Positions 31,718 to 42,016 of a stretch of 64,000 nt of DNA are shown piece after piece. The notes beneath the pieces were generated by a model. That model was not told where the DNA came from. It saw nothing but the letters and a program-made list of their open reading frames with translations, and did no database searches. A program made the position numbers and the translations under genes. Origin of the DNA: a virus; IMG/VR virus record IMGVR_UViG_3300033153_016044, positions 33,730 through 97,729 of that record. One strand, written 5' to 3'. How positions within the stretch are numbered: position 1 is the first letter of the stretch; the number at the start of each line of letters is the position of its first letter.

Positions 31718-31792
31718 TTACGGACAACTTACAGTGCTTATTCCTACTGTGGTAGAACCGGGAAGATAAACATTTGTATTGGATGAAAATGT
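31718..31792 (-). pseudogene. start-less C-terminal remnant (TFSSNTNVYLPGSTTVGISTVSCP*) resembling the end of 34519..34860
   Basis: PGSTTVGISTVSCP versus PGQSTLSGPGTNTMTCP; orphan GAGGG RBS directly upstream but no start codon. Confidence 0.5.
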
Positions 31793-31802
31793 TTAATCCC
31801 TC

Positions 31803-34508
31803 TTATATATCAAGATTGTACTTATCTTCAGCATAAACTCTTAATCTATCAATTTCTATATTTGCAAGGGCTCTGCTATAAAATCCTACTTCAAAAATTA
31901 TTCCATTAAAATAATCACCAGCACCAAGATAGGTGCCAGAAGGAGGAGTAGTCCACACATCTAATGAGCCAGTAAATCTACCAAATGTGATATTGCCTAA
32001 ACCAGTTGGTTCAATACTTCCATCTACTTCAACATTGGTTTCAAATTCTGGATGTCCACCAGGGAATAATTGGCCAGCACTTTCAAATGATATGTTGCGC
32101 CATACGGCGAATCTTATCTTGCTTGCTTCTCCACCACTGGGAAGAGTTAGATTTCTTGTACCTTTACCACTAAAGGTAGAACCAGTATCTAAATCTTCTA
32201 GGCCCATATCGTAAGGTTCAGACACTCCACTAAGTGTAACCGAATAATATTCGTGAGCTGTAATGGCACCAGAAGCAGGATGGTCATTAGATAGACTCCA
32301 CATTGTATCTCTGCCACCAGTTATACCAGATGGTTCATAAATCATAAACACAGTGCACGGTGAGCCATCAATGGGTGAACCAGAAGCAAATAAGAAGTCT
32401 CCTGGTGAATCATCTATAAAACCAACTCCGGGCGGTTCTCCAACTCCACGAGGAAGAAATACAGGCTGCTTTGTTAAATCAGATTGTACTAAGAAAATAC
32501 CAGAAGCATAATCTGTCCAAGAACTAACTAATCCATCCATATCTATAATCATGTCGGCATTATTGCCATTCCACCAACCCTCTAGACTAGATATGTCTGT
32601 GGGGTCATCAATAACTAGTGGCACTGGTGGATTTAGTGTAAGCTGACCTACAAGTGGAAAATAATCATTTCTTCTAATTCCAGCAGCTTTTGCATTCCAT
32701 TCGAACCAGTAGGTTGTACCAGAAGCAACAATTATATTTTTTATTTCTATACCTGAGATTGAACCATGGCTTGTTGCAGTTATTATACATGGAGTTTCTG
32801 GAGCATGATGATTATTATCATACCACCATCTAACAGTATCTACAGAGTTTCCTTCTGGATTTCCAGAACTTGGAATAATAGAATAAGAAACTCTAAGCTC
32901 ACCGTCAACCTTAGTTGGTATAGCTCCTCTAAATACAATGTCTGCAAGTCTATTGCCGTTATTATCAACTTCTGAATGGCGACTTCCACCACCAAGCATG
33001 CCATGTGGCGCTCCTCTGTGGCGTGCTTCCTTAGCAGGAAGCCCTAAGAACTCAAATGAATGCGGTCCATTTTTTGAGGGCGCAGTAGGATGACTTCCGC
33101 CATCTACATTTCCCGAACCCCTGAATGCATGGTATAATAGGTTGGTAAAATCACCACCTCCATGCGAACGGTTGTCGCACTTTTGACCTGAGAATCTAGT
33201 AGAAACTACAATGGCAGACTTGCCAGTCCCATCTGACCCTCTTTCTTTTTGGTCCATGAAGACGCGAAGAACCATCTTCTCATCTTTTCTTTGCTTGTAT
33301 TCATCAAGCCCCAGAATTTCTAGTAGAAAATTGTCTGAATTATGACTTTCTTCTTGGTCTTGACCCAATCTAAATGGCTTACTTCTAAATCCAGTAACCA
33401 TATTGGTAGCAGATACATCTACTAAGTCTCCATTCTCATCTAATCGAAATGGCACTGCACGCAAGCCGTGGTTAGTTTGATTAGTAGATTCGGTCATGTC
33501 ATCCCAGCCAGCCGTTTCTGCAGCCGCTACATAGTAGGTCCACATTGTAGGGCCAGGGCCACCCGGATGAAGTCCGTCAACATTACCACTGTCGTATATA
33601 TTGTCAACAAAGATTAGTGGGCGACCCTCAAAATCATTATTATTATTAATTGATTCTCCAACAAAAACTCCACCAATATCACTTGCTTCTGCTGTAGTAA
33701 GATTAACTTGAAATTTAGTTGAGCCGCCATCTTCTAGACCAGAAGGTTTGACTTGTAAAATTTGAATATCATCAGAGCCGTCATGATTTATTAGGTATAG
33801 ATTATTTTGGAATGAACAGAAATCCATAGGGTGACGAGACTCCTGTGAAATTGAAAAGGTTCCTCCAGTTTTAGTTCTATAATTGTAAAATCCTATTTCT
33901 CCAGATGCAGATGTTAGATAGTAAATTCTATCTTTATGTTGTATCTCAGTTAAGATACCGCCCTCGGAATCATCTGGAGCTAATCCATTACCGCCAGCAC
34001 CGAAGCTTCCTATTTCCCACACGTTTGTATTACCATTCATGATTGCATAAAACCATGTTGACGTATCACTAACTGACCATGCAGTAGTTAAATGTGGAGC
34101 ATCATTAAAGTATGCTGGATAAAGTCCAAGGCAACTTGTAGATGCTGGAGTTTTTCCTGTTGCTATTTGAGATAAGTCCCATGTTAAAGTATCGTCATTA
34201 TAGACATAAATACCATCACCTATAAGCACATAGTCTTTACCCATGAAATTTACTGCACGATTTACAGCCTGCTTATTTATGTTTGAAGATTCTTCTGTCC
34301 CTGAGCTAATTTCTCCTAAGAAGACATTTGTATCATTTGAGAAGTAATCATATGTATTTCTTGATACATCTATTTGACTACCTACAGGAGCTTTTTCATT
34401 ACGAGTGTTACAGTTAGAACCTGATTTTTCATCTCCGTAATTATTAGAGCCCTGCTCGGCTGGTGGCCAAAAGTATCTGCAGTATAGAACCCAATCTAGT
34501 GGTGGCAT
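31803..34508 (-). CDS. virion protein: paralog-B propeller-like region plus C-terminal LamG/ConA-like domain
   Basis: NRAVNFMGKDY matches NRVIHWENDLY of neighbours; PTDISSLEGWW...VSSWTD...FNGIIFEVGFYSRAL lectin-like signature. Confidence 0.6.
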   Translation of the reverse strand: MPPLDWVLYCRYFWPPAEQGSNNYGDEKSGSNCNTRNEKAPVGSQIDVSRNTYDYFSNDTNVFLGEISSGTEESSNINKQAVNRAVNFMGKDYVLIGDGIYVYNDDTLTWDLSQIATGKTPASTSCLGLYPAYFNDAPHLTTAWSVSDTSTWFYAIMNGNTNVWEIGSFGAGGNGLAPDDSEGGILTEIQHKDRIYYLTSASGEIGFYNYRTKTGGTFSISQESRHPMDFCSFQNNLYLINHDGSDDIQILQVKPSGLEDGGSTKFQVNLTTAEASDIGGVFVGESINNNNDFEGRPLIFVDNIYDSGNVDGLHPGGPGPTMWTYYVAAAETAGWDDMTESTNQTNHGLRAVPFRLDENGDLVDVSATNMVTGFRSKPFRLGQDQEESHNSDNFLLEILGLDEYKQRKDEKMVLRVFMDQKERGSDGTGKSAIVVSTRFSGQKCDNRSHGGGDFTNLLYHAFRGSGNVDGGSHPTAPSKNGPHSFEFLGLPAKEARHRGAPHGMLGGGSRHSEVDNNGNRLADIVFRGAIPTKVDGELRVSYSIIPSSGNPEGNSVDTVRWWYDNNHHAPETPCIITATSHGSISGIEIKNIIVASGTTYWFEWNAKAAGIRRNDYFPLVGQLTLNPPVPLVIDDPTDISSLEGWWNGNNADMIIDMDGLVSSWTDYASGIFLVQSDLTKQPVFLPRGVGEPPGVGFIDDSPGDFLFASGSPIDGSPCTVFMIYEPSGITGGRDTMWSLSNDHPASGAITAHEYYSVTLSGVSEPYDMGLEDLDTGSTFSGKGTRNLTLPSGGEASKIRFAVWRNISFESAGQLFPGGHPEFETNVEVDGSIEPTGLGNITFGRFTGSLDVWTTPPSGTYLGAGDYFNGIIFEVGFYSRALANIEIDRLRVYAEDKYNLDI

Positions 34509-34518
34509 AATAGTTCTC

Positions 34519-34860
34519 CTATGGACAAGTCATAGTATTTGTTCCAGGCCCGCTAAGTGTGCTTTGGCCGGGTGACGATAGTATATTTAGTGCACACAGG
34601 CCAGCCATGCTTGATGTTCCAGCTTCACCGAGTGCTTCTTCAATTGCAGTAAGGGGCTGGTAAATAGTTCCAGCTTCTCCAAGCGCTTCTTCAATTGCAG
34701 TAAGGGGCTGGTAAATAGTTCCAGCTTCACTTAATGCTTGCTCATCTACAGCAAAAATCTGCAGGATTGTTGAAGATTCACTAACTTTACCTTCACTAGC
34801 TTCATTCCAGAATGCTAATACTGGTACTGTAAATCCTAATGTGAAATTTTCATTAGCCAT
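34519..34860 (-). CDS. small structural protein with a 17-aa tandem repeat
   Basis: (EALGEAGTIYQPLTAIE) about 2.5 copies. Confidence 0.65.
   Translation of the reverse strand: MANENFTLGFTVPVLAFWNEASEGKVSESSTILQIFAVDEQALSEAGTIYQPLTAIEEALGEAGTIYQPLTAIEEALGEAGTSSMAGLCALNILSSPGQSTLSGPGTNTMTCP
34617..34740. repeat. 51-bp in-frame tandem repeat, about 2.5 copies
   Basis: GCTTCTTCAATTGCAGTAAGGGGCTGGTAAATAGTTCCAGCTTC occurs twice exactly. Confidence 0.9.
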
Positions 34861-34867
34861 AATTCAC

Positions 34868-36328
34868 CTACGGTATAAATACCCTAGCAGAGACTTTTGG
34901 ATTATCGCCGCTGACAATACCATCCAAGGCAGCACTCCATCCAATAGTTATCTTTGTCGAATTGTCTGCCGCAAGACCAATCACGCGATTTCCTACAACT
35001 GAACCTACTGTTGTCGAAGCTATAGTGCCTCGCGTTCTGGTATTCTCACCTTCCTTATCATAAAATAATTCTAATGCAACACCAGCTTGGCCATCTCCAT
35101 ATACAGTAAATTCACAATTAACATTAGCACCAGCCACAGTTAAGCAAGGTTGGGAAACGTTAAGTGTTCCACTACCAGACCAGATAGAGCCACCACCAGT
35201 TCCATTTCCTGTACTAATGTCATCAAAAGACCTATTATTTAAGGTGTGAGCTACAAGCTCTAGTATTCCGCTTGGCGCATTACTCCACCTATATAGTTCC
35301 GCACTTGTTGATTGACTAGAATTTGCATGTATCATCATTTCATAAATTGGGTCTATTCCACTATTCGTTACACCATCTATTCTCAAGGTCATAGATTCTG
35401 CTTCACCATTTGTAGCACTAAGTTCAGATGGTATTACAACGCTTGTTACATTTGCTTGACTAAGGAAATCTCCATTGGCATCTAGAGTTATCTCATGACA
35501 TTGCCAACCAACTCCATCTCCTTGATTTCCACCTGGATAGAAGAGGAATATTTTACCATCAATTTCGCACGCTGTGCCTGAAAGACGCAAGTCTGTACTA
35601 ACAGTCCCCCTCTCCTGAGTTCCTATAGTAGCTTGGTTTATAAAGGACAAGCCAGACTTTTTATGAAAGAAAACAGAATCTGTAAATTGTCCATATCCCA
35701 TATAATAAATATTGTCATTTACTACAAGCAAAGGGTCATGTGCCTGGTATCCATTACCACCTAGGTTCACCATTGTTTTTTCTTTTAAGTTATATTCGTA
35801 GAGTCGGACTTGGCCGGTTGCCCTATCACTCTTAAAAACAATAGAGTTTCTCCACGACACAGCATTAACCGCCAGTGTATTTCTAGTGTCATTAAGATAG
35901 AATTGCCAGTCACCAAGATATTGCTCCTCAGTTATATTGAAGTCTTTATCTATTCTGACAAATGCTATTTCTCTGGTGTCAAGGGACGCATATGCACAGA
36001 CTAATACTCCGCTACCTTCGACTGATGCGGGGGTCCACCCCATCTTAAACATTCTTTTTAGCTCGCTCGTCTCTGGATTCGCTAACGTATAGAATGGCTC
36101 CCAATCACCAGAATTGGCAACATCATATTTGAAAATCGTATCTCTGTTTATCGCATACAGGTCATTCTCCCAATGTATCACCCTATTTTGTTGTAGAGCC
36201 ACGGCATCAAGTTCCGAAACTCCAAAGTCGGTACCTACCTGAATCATTTCTCCATCTATTTCTTGGAAAACAGCACACTTAGGATGGACAGTAGACCTAT
36301 GCCTCATATATAAAAATCTCTGTGTCAT
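34868..36328 (-). CDS. virion protein (paralog family B)
   Basis: Colinear end to end with 36337..37821. Confidence 0.7.
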   Translation of the reverse strand: MTQRFLYMRHRSTVHPKCAVFQEIDGEMIQVGTDFGVSELDAVALQQNRVIHWENDLYAINRDTIFKYDVANSGDWEPFYTLANPETSELKRMFKMGWTPASVEGSGVLVCAYASLDTREIAFVRIDKDFNITEEQYLGDWQFYLNDTRNTLAVNAVSWRNSIVFKSDRATGQVRLYEYNLKEKTMVNLGGNGYQAHDPLLVVNDNIYYMGYGQFTDSVFFHKKSGLSFINQATIGTQERGTVSTDLRLSGTACEIDGKIFLFYPGGNQGDGVGWQCHEITLDANGDFLSQANVTSVVIPSELSATNGEAESMTLRIDGVTNSGIDPIYEMMIHANSSQSTSAELYRWSNAPSGILELVAHTLNNRSFDDISTGNGTGGGSIWSGSGTLNVSQPCLTVAGANVNCEFTVYGDGQAGVALELFYDKEGENTRTRGTIASTTVGSVVGNRVIGLAADNSTKITIGWSAALDGIVSGDNPKVSARVFIP

Positions 36329-36336
36329 AATAGCTC

Positions 36337-37821
36337 CTATGGTATAAATACTCTAACAGAAACTTTTGGATTATCACCGCCGACAATACCATCTGAAATT
36401 GCATCCCATACGAGAGTTACTTCCGTTGTATTATCTGCTACTAGGCCGGAAGCTGAATTATTTATGAGCGTGCCATGTGTTGTTGAAAGAATAGTTCCAC
36501 GCGTTATAGTGTTCTCGCCATTCTTATCATACAACAATTCCAGTACAACACCGGATTGATTAACTCCATAGATAGTAGTTTTACATTTAATGTTATAAGG
36601 CGGCTGGTTACCTAGAGGAGCAACGTAAGACAAGCAAGATTGGGCAGCATTTAAGGTTCCACTACCAGACCAGATAAATCCGCCACCAGTTCCATTAGAT
36701 GTAGCGACATCACTAAAGGCCCTGTTATTCATTGTTGCATCTATAAGTTCCAGTATTCCAGATGGAGCATTATTCCACCTATATAGATTACAGCTTGTCC
36801 CTTGACTTTGATTATTACGATTAATAAATTCATAGATAGGGTCTACTCCACTATTCGTAACACCATCTATCCTTATCATCATAGAGGTTTCCGAACCATT
36901 TGAAGAACTAAGTGATGTTGGCAAAACAACACTGGTAACATTCGCCTGGGAAAGAAAATCTCCATTTGAATCAAGAGTTATTTCGTGGCACTGCCAACCT
37001 GGTCCATCGCCTTGATTTCCTCCTGGTTGAAATAAAAATATCTTGCCGTCAATTTCACATGCGGTTCCTACCATGCCTCCATTACTACCAGTAGTTCCTC
37101 GTTCTTGAGTTCCTATTTGCGCTTGGTTAAGATACGAAAGGCCGAATTTCTTTAAGAATCTACACGTATCGTCAAACTCTCCATATCCCATGGAGTAAAT
37201 ATTGTCTCCAATAACAAGAAGAGGATTGGCGGGATTATAACCGGTGGTACCATTTTGTGTTAAAGTTTTTTCTTTTAGGTTATAGTCCCAATTTCTAGTT
37301 TGGACAGTTGCAGTGGTGCTTCTAAAAACAATAGAGTTTCTCCACGATACCGCACCCTTCGCAAGATGGGTTCTTGCATCATTAAGATTAGGTAAGTCAT
37401 TATCGAAATACTCATCTTCGGTTACATTAAGGTCTTTATCAATTAAAACAAATCTAATGCCGGGCTCGGTGACCGGCGAATAAGCGCACACTAATACGCC
37501 ACTACCTTCAATAGATGCTACGGTAAATCCCATCTTAAATCCCTTGGTCAACTCCGTGACTCTTGGACTTGCAAATGTATACCATACGCCCCAATCACCA
37601 GAATTAGCCACATCATACTTAAAGATAGTATCTCTATTAATTGCGTATAGGTCATTCTCCCAGTGTATAACTCTATTTTGTTCAATGGTTAAAATGGCAG
37701 AATCTTCTGATGTTCCAAAGTCAGTTCCCACTTGAACCACTTGTCCATCAATCTCTTGAAATACTGCACACTGTGCATGAACGCTGGACTTATGCCTAAT
37801 GTATAAAAATGGTTGTGTCAT
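36337..37821 (-). CDS. virion protein (paralog family B)
   Basis: Tandem duplicate; identical blocks such as QNRVIHWENDLYAINRDTIFKYDVANSGDW. Confidence 0.7.
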   Translation of the reverse strand: MTQPFLYIRHKSSVHAQCAVFQEIDGQVVQVGTDFGTSEDSAILTIEQNRVIHWENDLYAINRDTIFKYDVANSGDWGVWYTFASPRVTELTKGFKMGFTVASIEGSGVLVCAYSPVTEPGIRFVLIDKDLNVTEDEYFDNDLPNLNDARTHLAKGAVSWRNSIVFRSTTATVQTRNWDYNLKEKTLTQNGTTGYNPANPLLVIGDNIYSMGYGEFDDTCRFLKKFGLSYLNQAQIGTQERGTTGSNGGMVGTACEIDGKIFLFQPGGNQGDGPGWQCHEITLDSNGDFLSQANVTSVVLPTSLSSSNGSETSMMIRIDGVTNSGVDPIYEFINRNNQSQGTSCNLYRWNNAPSGILELIDATMNNRAFSDVATSNGTGGGFIWSGSGTLNAAQSCLSYVAPLGNQPPYNIKCKTTIYGVNQSGVVLELLYDKNGENTITRGTILSTTHGTLINNSASGLVADNTTEVTLVWDAISDGIVGGDNPKVSVRVFIP

Positions 37822-37831
37822 TTAAAACTCC

Positions 37832-38857
37832 TTATACCCAGGTAATTCCACCATTGAAGATTGTTAGGACTTGTCCTTCATCTCCAGATGGCAACACCTG
37901 TAGGTTGCCAGCGCCATCTGCATAAAGAATGTCGCCGGGGTTATATGATGTTTGTTCAGTTCCTCCATACTCTTGCGTAATTCCACTACCTTGCCATGAG
38001 CCAGCAGTAACGAGACCAAGCTCCGATACTCCACTAGACTTAACTACTAGTGAATCGAAAGCCGGAAGCGTAGCTCCACTGACAACGGTTAAGAAACCAA
38101 CGGTAAGTGGGTCTGTAACTCCTCCAGCAGCAGCGGCCCAAGCTGGGATACCACTTACAACCGTTAGAACTTCTCCTACTGCACCAATGCTTATGTTGCC
38201 AAACTCATCTGTTCCAGAAGCATAGAGAATGTCTCCAACGGCTCCAGTTAAGTCAAGAGATGAAAGAGTAATATTTGTAGTTCCGGCAACAGTTAATGTA
38301 CCAGGAATAACTAGTCCGCTTCCACCTGCTGTAGCAGTAATAGCACTATTCTTAATCAACTCACCAGTGATGCCATCATAGAGCGCTAGGGCGTCATCAG
38401 TAGCTAGAGCTGGTCCAACAACAAATCCACTAGCTGCTAAATCTAATCCTGCGATATTTCCTAGAACTGTAAGGTCACCACTAACAAAGGTATTACCTTC
38501 TATGCTTATGTTGCCAAGGTCATCTATTAAAATAAGACCTTCTTGAATAACCTTTCCACTTATTCCATCAAATCTAACTAATGCATTATCTGTAGATGCA
38601 CTAGGGCCAGTTACATCTCCTAGTCCACTACCGGCCTGAGCCGTCCAGGAAGGAACTCCTGCAACAATCACAAGATGGTCTAATTCAGAACCTACTGGGA
38701 GTCTTTTCCAAAAGATTCCTGTAGCTGAAATTATTATATCTCCAGCTAGCGGAGCTTCTGGAGTAGTATCACTATGTGACGCAGATAATAGGTCATGCGT
38801 AATTGGAGCTGGTGATGAGCCTGACCCCGGAGGACTGGGGAATCCTGCGAACGACAT
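37832..38857 (-). CDS. Gly-rich head/tail fibre-like protein
   Basis: GDVTGPSASTDNALVRFDG and GDILYA repeats typical of phage fibres. Confidence 0.6.
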   Translation of the reverse strand: MSFAGFPSPPGSGSSPAPITHDLLSASHSDTTPEAPLAGDIIISATGIFWKRLPVGSELDHLVIVAGVPSWTAQAGSGLGDVTGPSASTDNALVRFDGISGKVIQEGLILIDDLGNISIEGNTFVSGDLTVLGNIAGLDLAASGFVVGPALATDDALALYDGITGELIKNSAITATAGGSGLVIPGTLTVAGTTNITLSSLDLTGAVGDILYASGTDEFGNISIGAVGEVLTVVSGIPAWAAAAGGVTDPLTVGFLTVVSGATLPAFDSLVVKSSGVSELGLVTAGSWQGSGITQEYGGTEQTSYNPGDILYADGAGNLQVLPSGDEGQVLTIFNGGITWV

Positions 38858-38866
38858 AGTGCCTCC

Positions 38867-39298
38867 TTAGACCAAGCGCCAGATATCAGAACCAGCATAG
38901 ATAAACGACCACGACTGGTAACAATTGCTTAGTGGAAATTCTGGTAAAATACCTTCTATTAATTGAGTTCCGCTGGCTACTATTCTTTTAGTAGCACCTG
39001 AACAGCCATCTCCTGCGCCATCTTTAATTTCATATCTCTTTCCTACTAGCGCATCAGTAGGTAGAACTACGTCATAACTGCCAGAAGCAGCCATGACAAC
39101 AAATTCGAAGATAGCCTCGGTAGAACCTGGTGCAACCACAGTGACTGCCGTAGTCAGGTTAGTTACGCGATAGACTCCGCTACCTCCTAATCCTAATGCT
39201 ATTATATCCTCCAGCCTAAGAAGGTCGTGGTCATCCATAGCCCCAACACTATTTTGCTTAGCGGAGCGCCTATAATTTTCTTGCCAAATACTTCCCAT
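38867..39298 (-). CDS. structural protein (paralog family A)
   Basis: VVLP..GKRYEIKDGAG..IEG..WRLV. Confidence 0.55.
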   Translation of the reverse strand: MGSIWQENYRRSAKQNSVGAMDDHDLLRLEDIIALGLGGSGVYRVTNLTTAVTVVAPGSTEAIFEFVVMAASGSYDVVLPTDALVGKRYEIKDGAGDGCSGATKRIVASGTQLIEGILPEFPLSNCYQSWSFIYAGSDIWRLV

Positions 39299-39310
39299 TT
39301 TTATAGCTCC

Positions 39311-39661
39311 TTAACAAATTACTTTTTGTATGGCTCTGCATAATGCACGCTTTTCTTGAATATTTGTATTACGATTCCGAATATACTTTATTCCGATACC
39401 ATTGGCTATCTGTGTCAAAATATTCATATCTAATTTATAAAGTTGAGATAGTTTAAAAGAGGCATTCGGAAAATCTTTTTTATATTTATTCTCTAGCCAT
39501 ATCTTAGTATATTCAGCCTCTTCTAATATATCTCTCTTCTGTTTAAAAATACTCAGAGAAATATCTGTAGGACCAAAGGAGCCATAGGCAAATTTTCTGC
39601 CGTAAACTCTTTTATTATCCATAATTGTGTATGACATTTCGTTTTTTAAATATACCAACAT
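39311..39661 (-). CDS. hypothetical protein
   Basis: 116-aa ORF with GGAG RBS and an upstream promoter motif. Confidence 0.6.
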   Translation of the reverse strand: MLVYLKNEMSYTIMDNKRVYGRKFAYGSFGPTDISLSIFKQKRDILEEAEYTKIWLENKYKKDFPNASFKLSQLYKLDMNILTQIANGIGIKYIRNRNTNIQEKRALCRAIQKVIC

Positions 39662-39674
39662 TTAGATAGGCTCC

Positions 39675-39690
39675 ATTAAATAATACACCA
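39675..39690 (-). promoter_or_regulatory. putative late promoter TGGTGTATTATTTAAT
   Basis: Motif copy just downstream of the MCP terminator. Confidence 0.7.
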
Positions 39691-39702
39691 AAGTGAATAA
39701 AT

Positions 39703-39743
39703 AAAGAAAAAGCGGACACTAGAAATATCCAGTATCCGCTTTT
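39703..39743 (-). terminator. intrinsic terminator after major capsid
   Basis: Minus strand AGCGGATACTGGA..TCTAGTGTCCGCT followed by TTTTCTTT. Confidence 0.8.
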
Positions 39744-39766
39744 AAATGTGCAGCCAAATAAATGAC

Positions 39767-40768
39767 TTAGAAGGTAGCGAGTAGCAACCGTCTGTTATCA
39801 AGAACTGCGTAACCATGCTCTAGCCAACCGTAGAAACCAGCTCTTTGCTGACGGTGCAGTGCAGGGTCTTCGAAAGTCTGCAGCTCCTGCCTAATTGGCT
39901 GGACAAAGCTGTCATTGGTGCTGAGGTCAAGACCAACTGCAAACTCAGCATCACCAGGGTCAACTGCGCCAACAGCACGACCGAGAATACCCGTCAGATA
40001 TAGCTGGTATTCCTGTCCAACGCCGTATTCGGTCATTGGATGTAGGGTAACACCATAAATATTAAGCAGGTTTGTTCCTGCATTCTGAAGAATTTCTTTT
40101 CGTGTAAACATATCGACTTCAGTAATATCCCATGCACGGATATCTTCAACTGCTTCCATCGATAGGTAAACGTCTGTTAGCTTGCCAGCTTGACCGTTAC
40201 CACCAGCGTTGCGAGTCATAGCAGTCAGCATCTTGGAGATAAGCTCCTTGGTGAACTGACCGTTCTGAGCAACAGGGTCGTTAACTACAAGACCACGAGC
40301 ATCAGCAGCAGCGAGTAGTGTGTGCCAACCGTCCTCATTAATCTTGCGGGTAAAGCCCATGCGGTAAACATCAAGAGCACGCTTTACAATATCAAAGCGG
40401 GCGTCTCTTGCATAGCGCAGACTCCAGTCAATAGAATTAGAAATTCTAAATGTTGGAACCCACAGCTCATCGCCTTCAACGTGACGCTCTGGAATTCTAC
40501 CCTGCTTAGGTAGTGTAACAGCAGTGAAGTTAATATCTTCCTCACCTGGCTTGACAAAGTCTAGCTGGAAGTTGGCCTGGGCGCCTGGTGCTAGAACCAT
40601 ACGCTCATAGATTCCACCAAGGTTATCCTCATCGAAAATACCCTGACGGAGTGGCTCGGTCAGCGCCGCAGCTAGTGCTCGCTGTGCTGCAATGGCCTCA
40701 TCCATATTATCTGAAGCTGTAGCTCTTAGAAGAGCAATTTGTTCATCTGTAAATTTATCGTAACTCAT
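39767..40768 (-). CDS. major capsid protein (HK97 fold expected)
   Basis: 333 aa; follows scaffold and decoration genes and is followed by a terminator; C-terminal GFYGWLEHGYAVLDNRRLL. Confidence 0.85.
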   Translation of the reverse strand: MSYDKFTDEQIALLRATASDNMDEAIAAQRALAAALTEPLRQGIFDEDNLGGIYERMVLAPGAQANFQLDFVKPGEEDINFTAVTLPKQGRIPERHVEGDELWVPTFRISNSIDWSLRYARDARFDIVKRALDVYRMGFTRKINEDGWHTLLAAADARGLVVNDPVAQNGQFTKELISKMLTAMTRNAGGNGQAGKLTDVYLSMEAVEDIRAWDITEVDMFTRKEILQNAGTNLLNIYGVTLHPMTEYGVGQEYQLYLTGILGRAVGAVDPGDAEFAVGLDLSTNDSFVQPIRQELQTFEDPALHRQQRAGFYGWLEHGYAVLDNRRLLLATF

Positions 40769-40778
40769 CAGTATCTCC

Positions 40779-41222
40779 TTATAGGTCCACTAGTAGTCTA
40801 ACGAAGCCATTGGCATCGAGAGACGACCGGAAGGTTCCAACGCGAGGTGACACATTGCCGACGCCATCATCTAGTTGGACGGTCGAAACCTCACCATCTG
40901 GATGAAGGTAGGCTGGAGCACCCTGACTAGGCGTGTTTCCTGCTACCACTGCGTCAGTGTCAAAGACACCTTCATTGGCGATTCCTACAACAGAACCGAG
41001 GTCAACAACATTACGTTGCAAATACTCTGGATGACGGTCGTAATTCATATCTTCGACATCGTCCAGAAGAATACCGATAGGAAGTGCACCAGAACCATCT
41101 ACATTATACTCGGCTTCGCCGGCAGTAGCAGAATAGCTAAGGATTCCTCCGCGCACGGCGGCAGCATTAACTGCATAATCAATTGTGGTCTGAAAGACCT
41201 GTCTATTTGGTCCAAGGGCCAT
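40779..41222 (-). CDS. head decoration/cement protein
   Basis: 147 aa between scaffold and MCP; PIGILLDDV, G-x-P-AY motifs. Confidence 0.7.
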   Translation of the reverse strand: MALGPNRQVFQTTIDYAVNAAAVRGGILSYSATAGEAEYNVDGSGALPIGILLDDVEDMNYDRHPEYLQRNVVDLGSVVGIANEGVFDTDAVVAGNTPSQGAPAYLHPDGEVSTVQLDDGVGNVSPRVGTFRSSLDANGFVRLLVDL

Positions 41223-42016
41223 TACTTTCCTCCTTGTGAAGTATCTTGCTTAGTGCTCCAAAGAGCCGTGGCAAGGGTCTGCATTCTCTCAGGAAGGGAG
41301 ACAGGTTGGACAGCATCGTCAGTTCCGGCTGGCGCACCAGCAGAAGCAACAACATTATCTAGAATGCGTGTATCAGTAATGCCATCTTCATCAGATGCAC
41401 TCTTGGCAAACGGATTCTTTTTCTTATCCTTATCTTCTTCCTCGTCTTTTTCTTTCTTCTTATCTTTCATATCTTCTTTAGCAGAGATGAAAAGTTCCTT
41501 GGTATTCTCAAGCCAGTTATCAAAAGACTCATCATTAAGACTGTCTGTTGAAGCAACTAGCTTGCCAAGGCGCTCGTTATCACCTGAGGTAAGACCTAGT
41601 GAATCACGAATTGCGTTAGAACGAAAAGCAAGGCGCTTCTCATTCTCAAGCTCTCCGAGCTTTGCCTTAACTTCTTCAAGCTCTGTATTAATTTGGTCAG
41701 TTTGACCTAGTTTATCACCAATTTCACTAACCAATACATCGAAGAAATTCTCTGCATCAGTTCTTGAAATCTTATTAGCTGAGACGTCGCCTAGAACACT
41801 GACCAGAGCGTCAGCTCCTTTAGCAAATGCTGACTTTGCGTTGTCTGCATTTGACTTAAGGGCTTCAATCTCTGCACTTACTTTTGCAAGTTCAGCGTCC
41901 TTTGTCTCGATAATGTGCTCTGCTTTGACAAGTCGCTGGACTACTTGCTTGTAATCGTCGCTTGTGATATTGACTTGCGTATTCGCAGAGGTATTTAGCT
42001 CATTACTGTTAGCCAT
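41222..42016 (-). CDS. nested in-frame scaffolding protein (MANSNEL..., 264 aa)
   Basis: Internal AGGAGG RBS upstream of an in-frame ATG at 42016, at the protease/coiled-coil boundary. Confidence 0.6.
   Translation of the reverse strand: MANSNELNTSANTQVNITSDDYKQVVQRLVKAEHIIETKDAELAKVSAEIEALKSNADNAKSAFAKGADALVSVLGDVSANKISRTDAENFFDVLVSEIGDKLGQTDQINTELEEVKAKLGELENEKRLAFRSNAIRDSLGLTSGDNERLGKLVASTDSLNDESFDNWLENTKELFISAKEDMKDKKKEKDEEEDKDKKKNPFAKSASDEDGITDTRILDNVVASAGAPAGTDDAVQPVSLPERMQTLATALWSTKQDTSQGGK

Noticed and set aside
34868-37821. Diversity-generating retroelement TR/VR pair
   Set aside because: Whole-gene duplication with differences at all bases, not adenine-specific; no reverse transcriptase in the window
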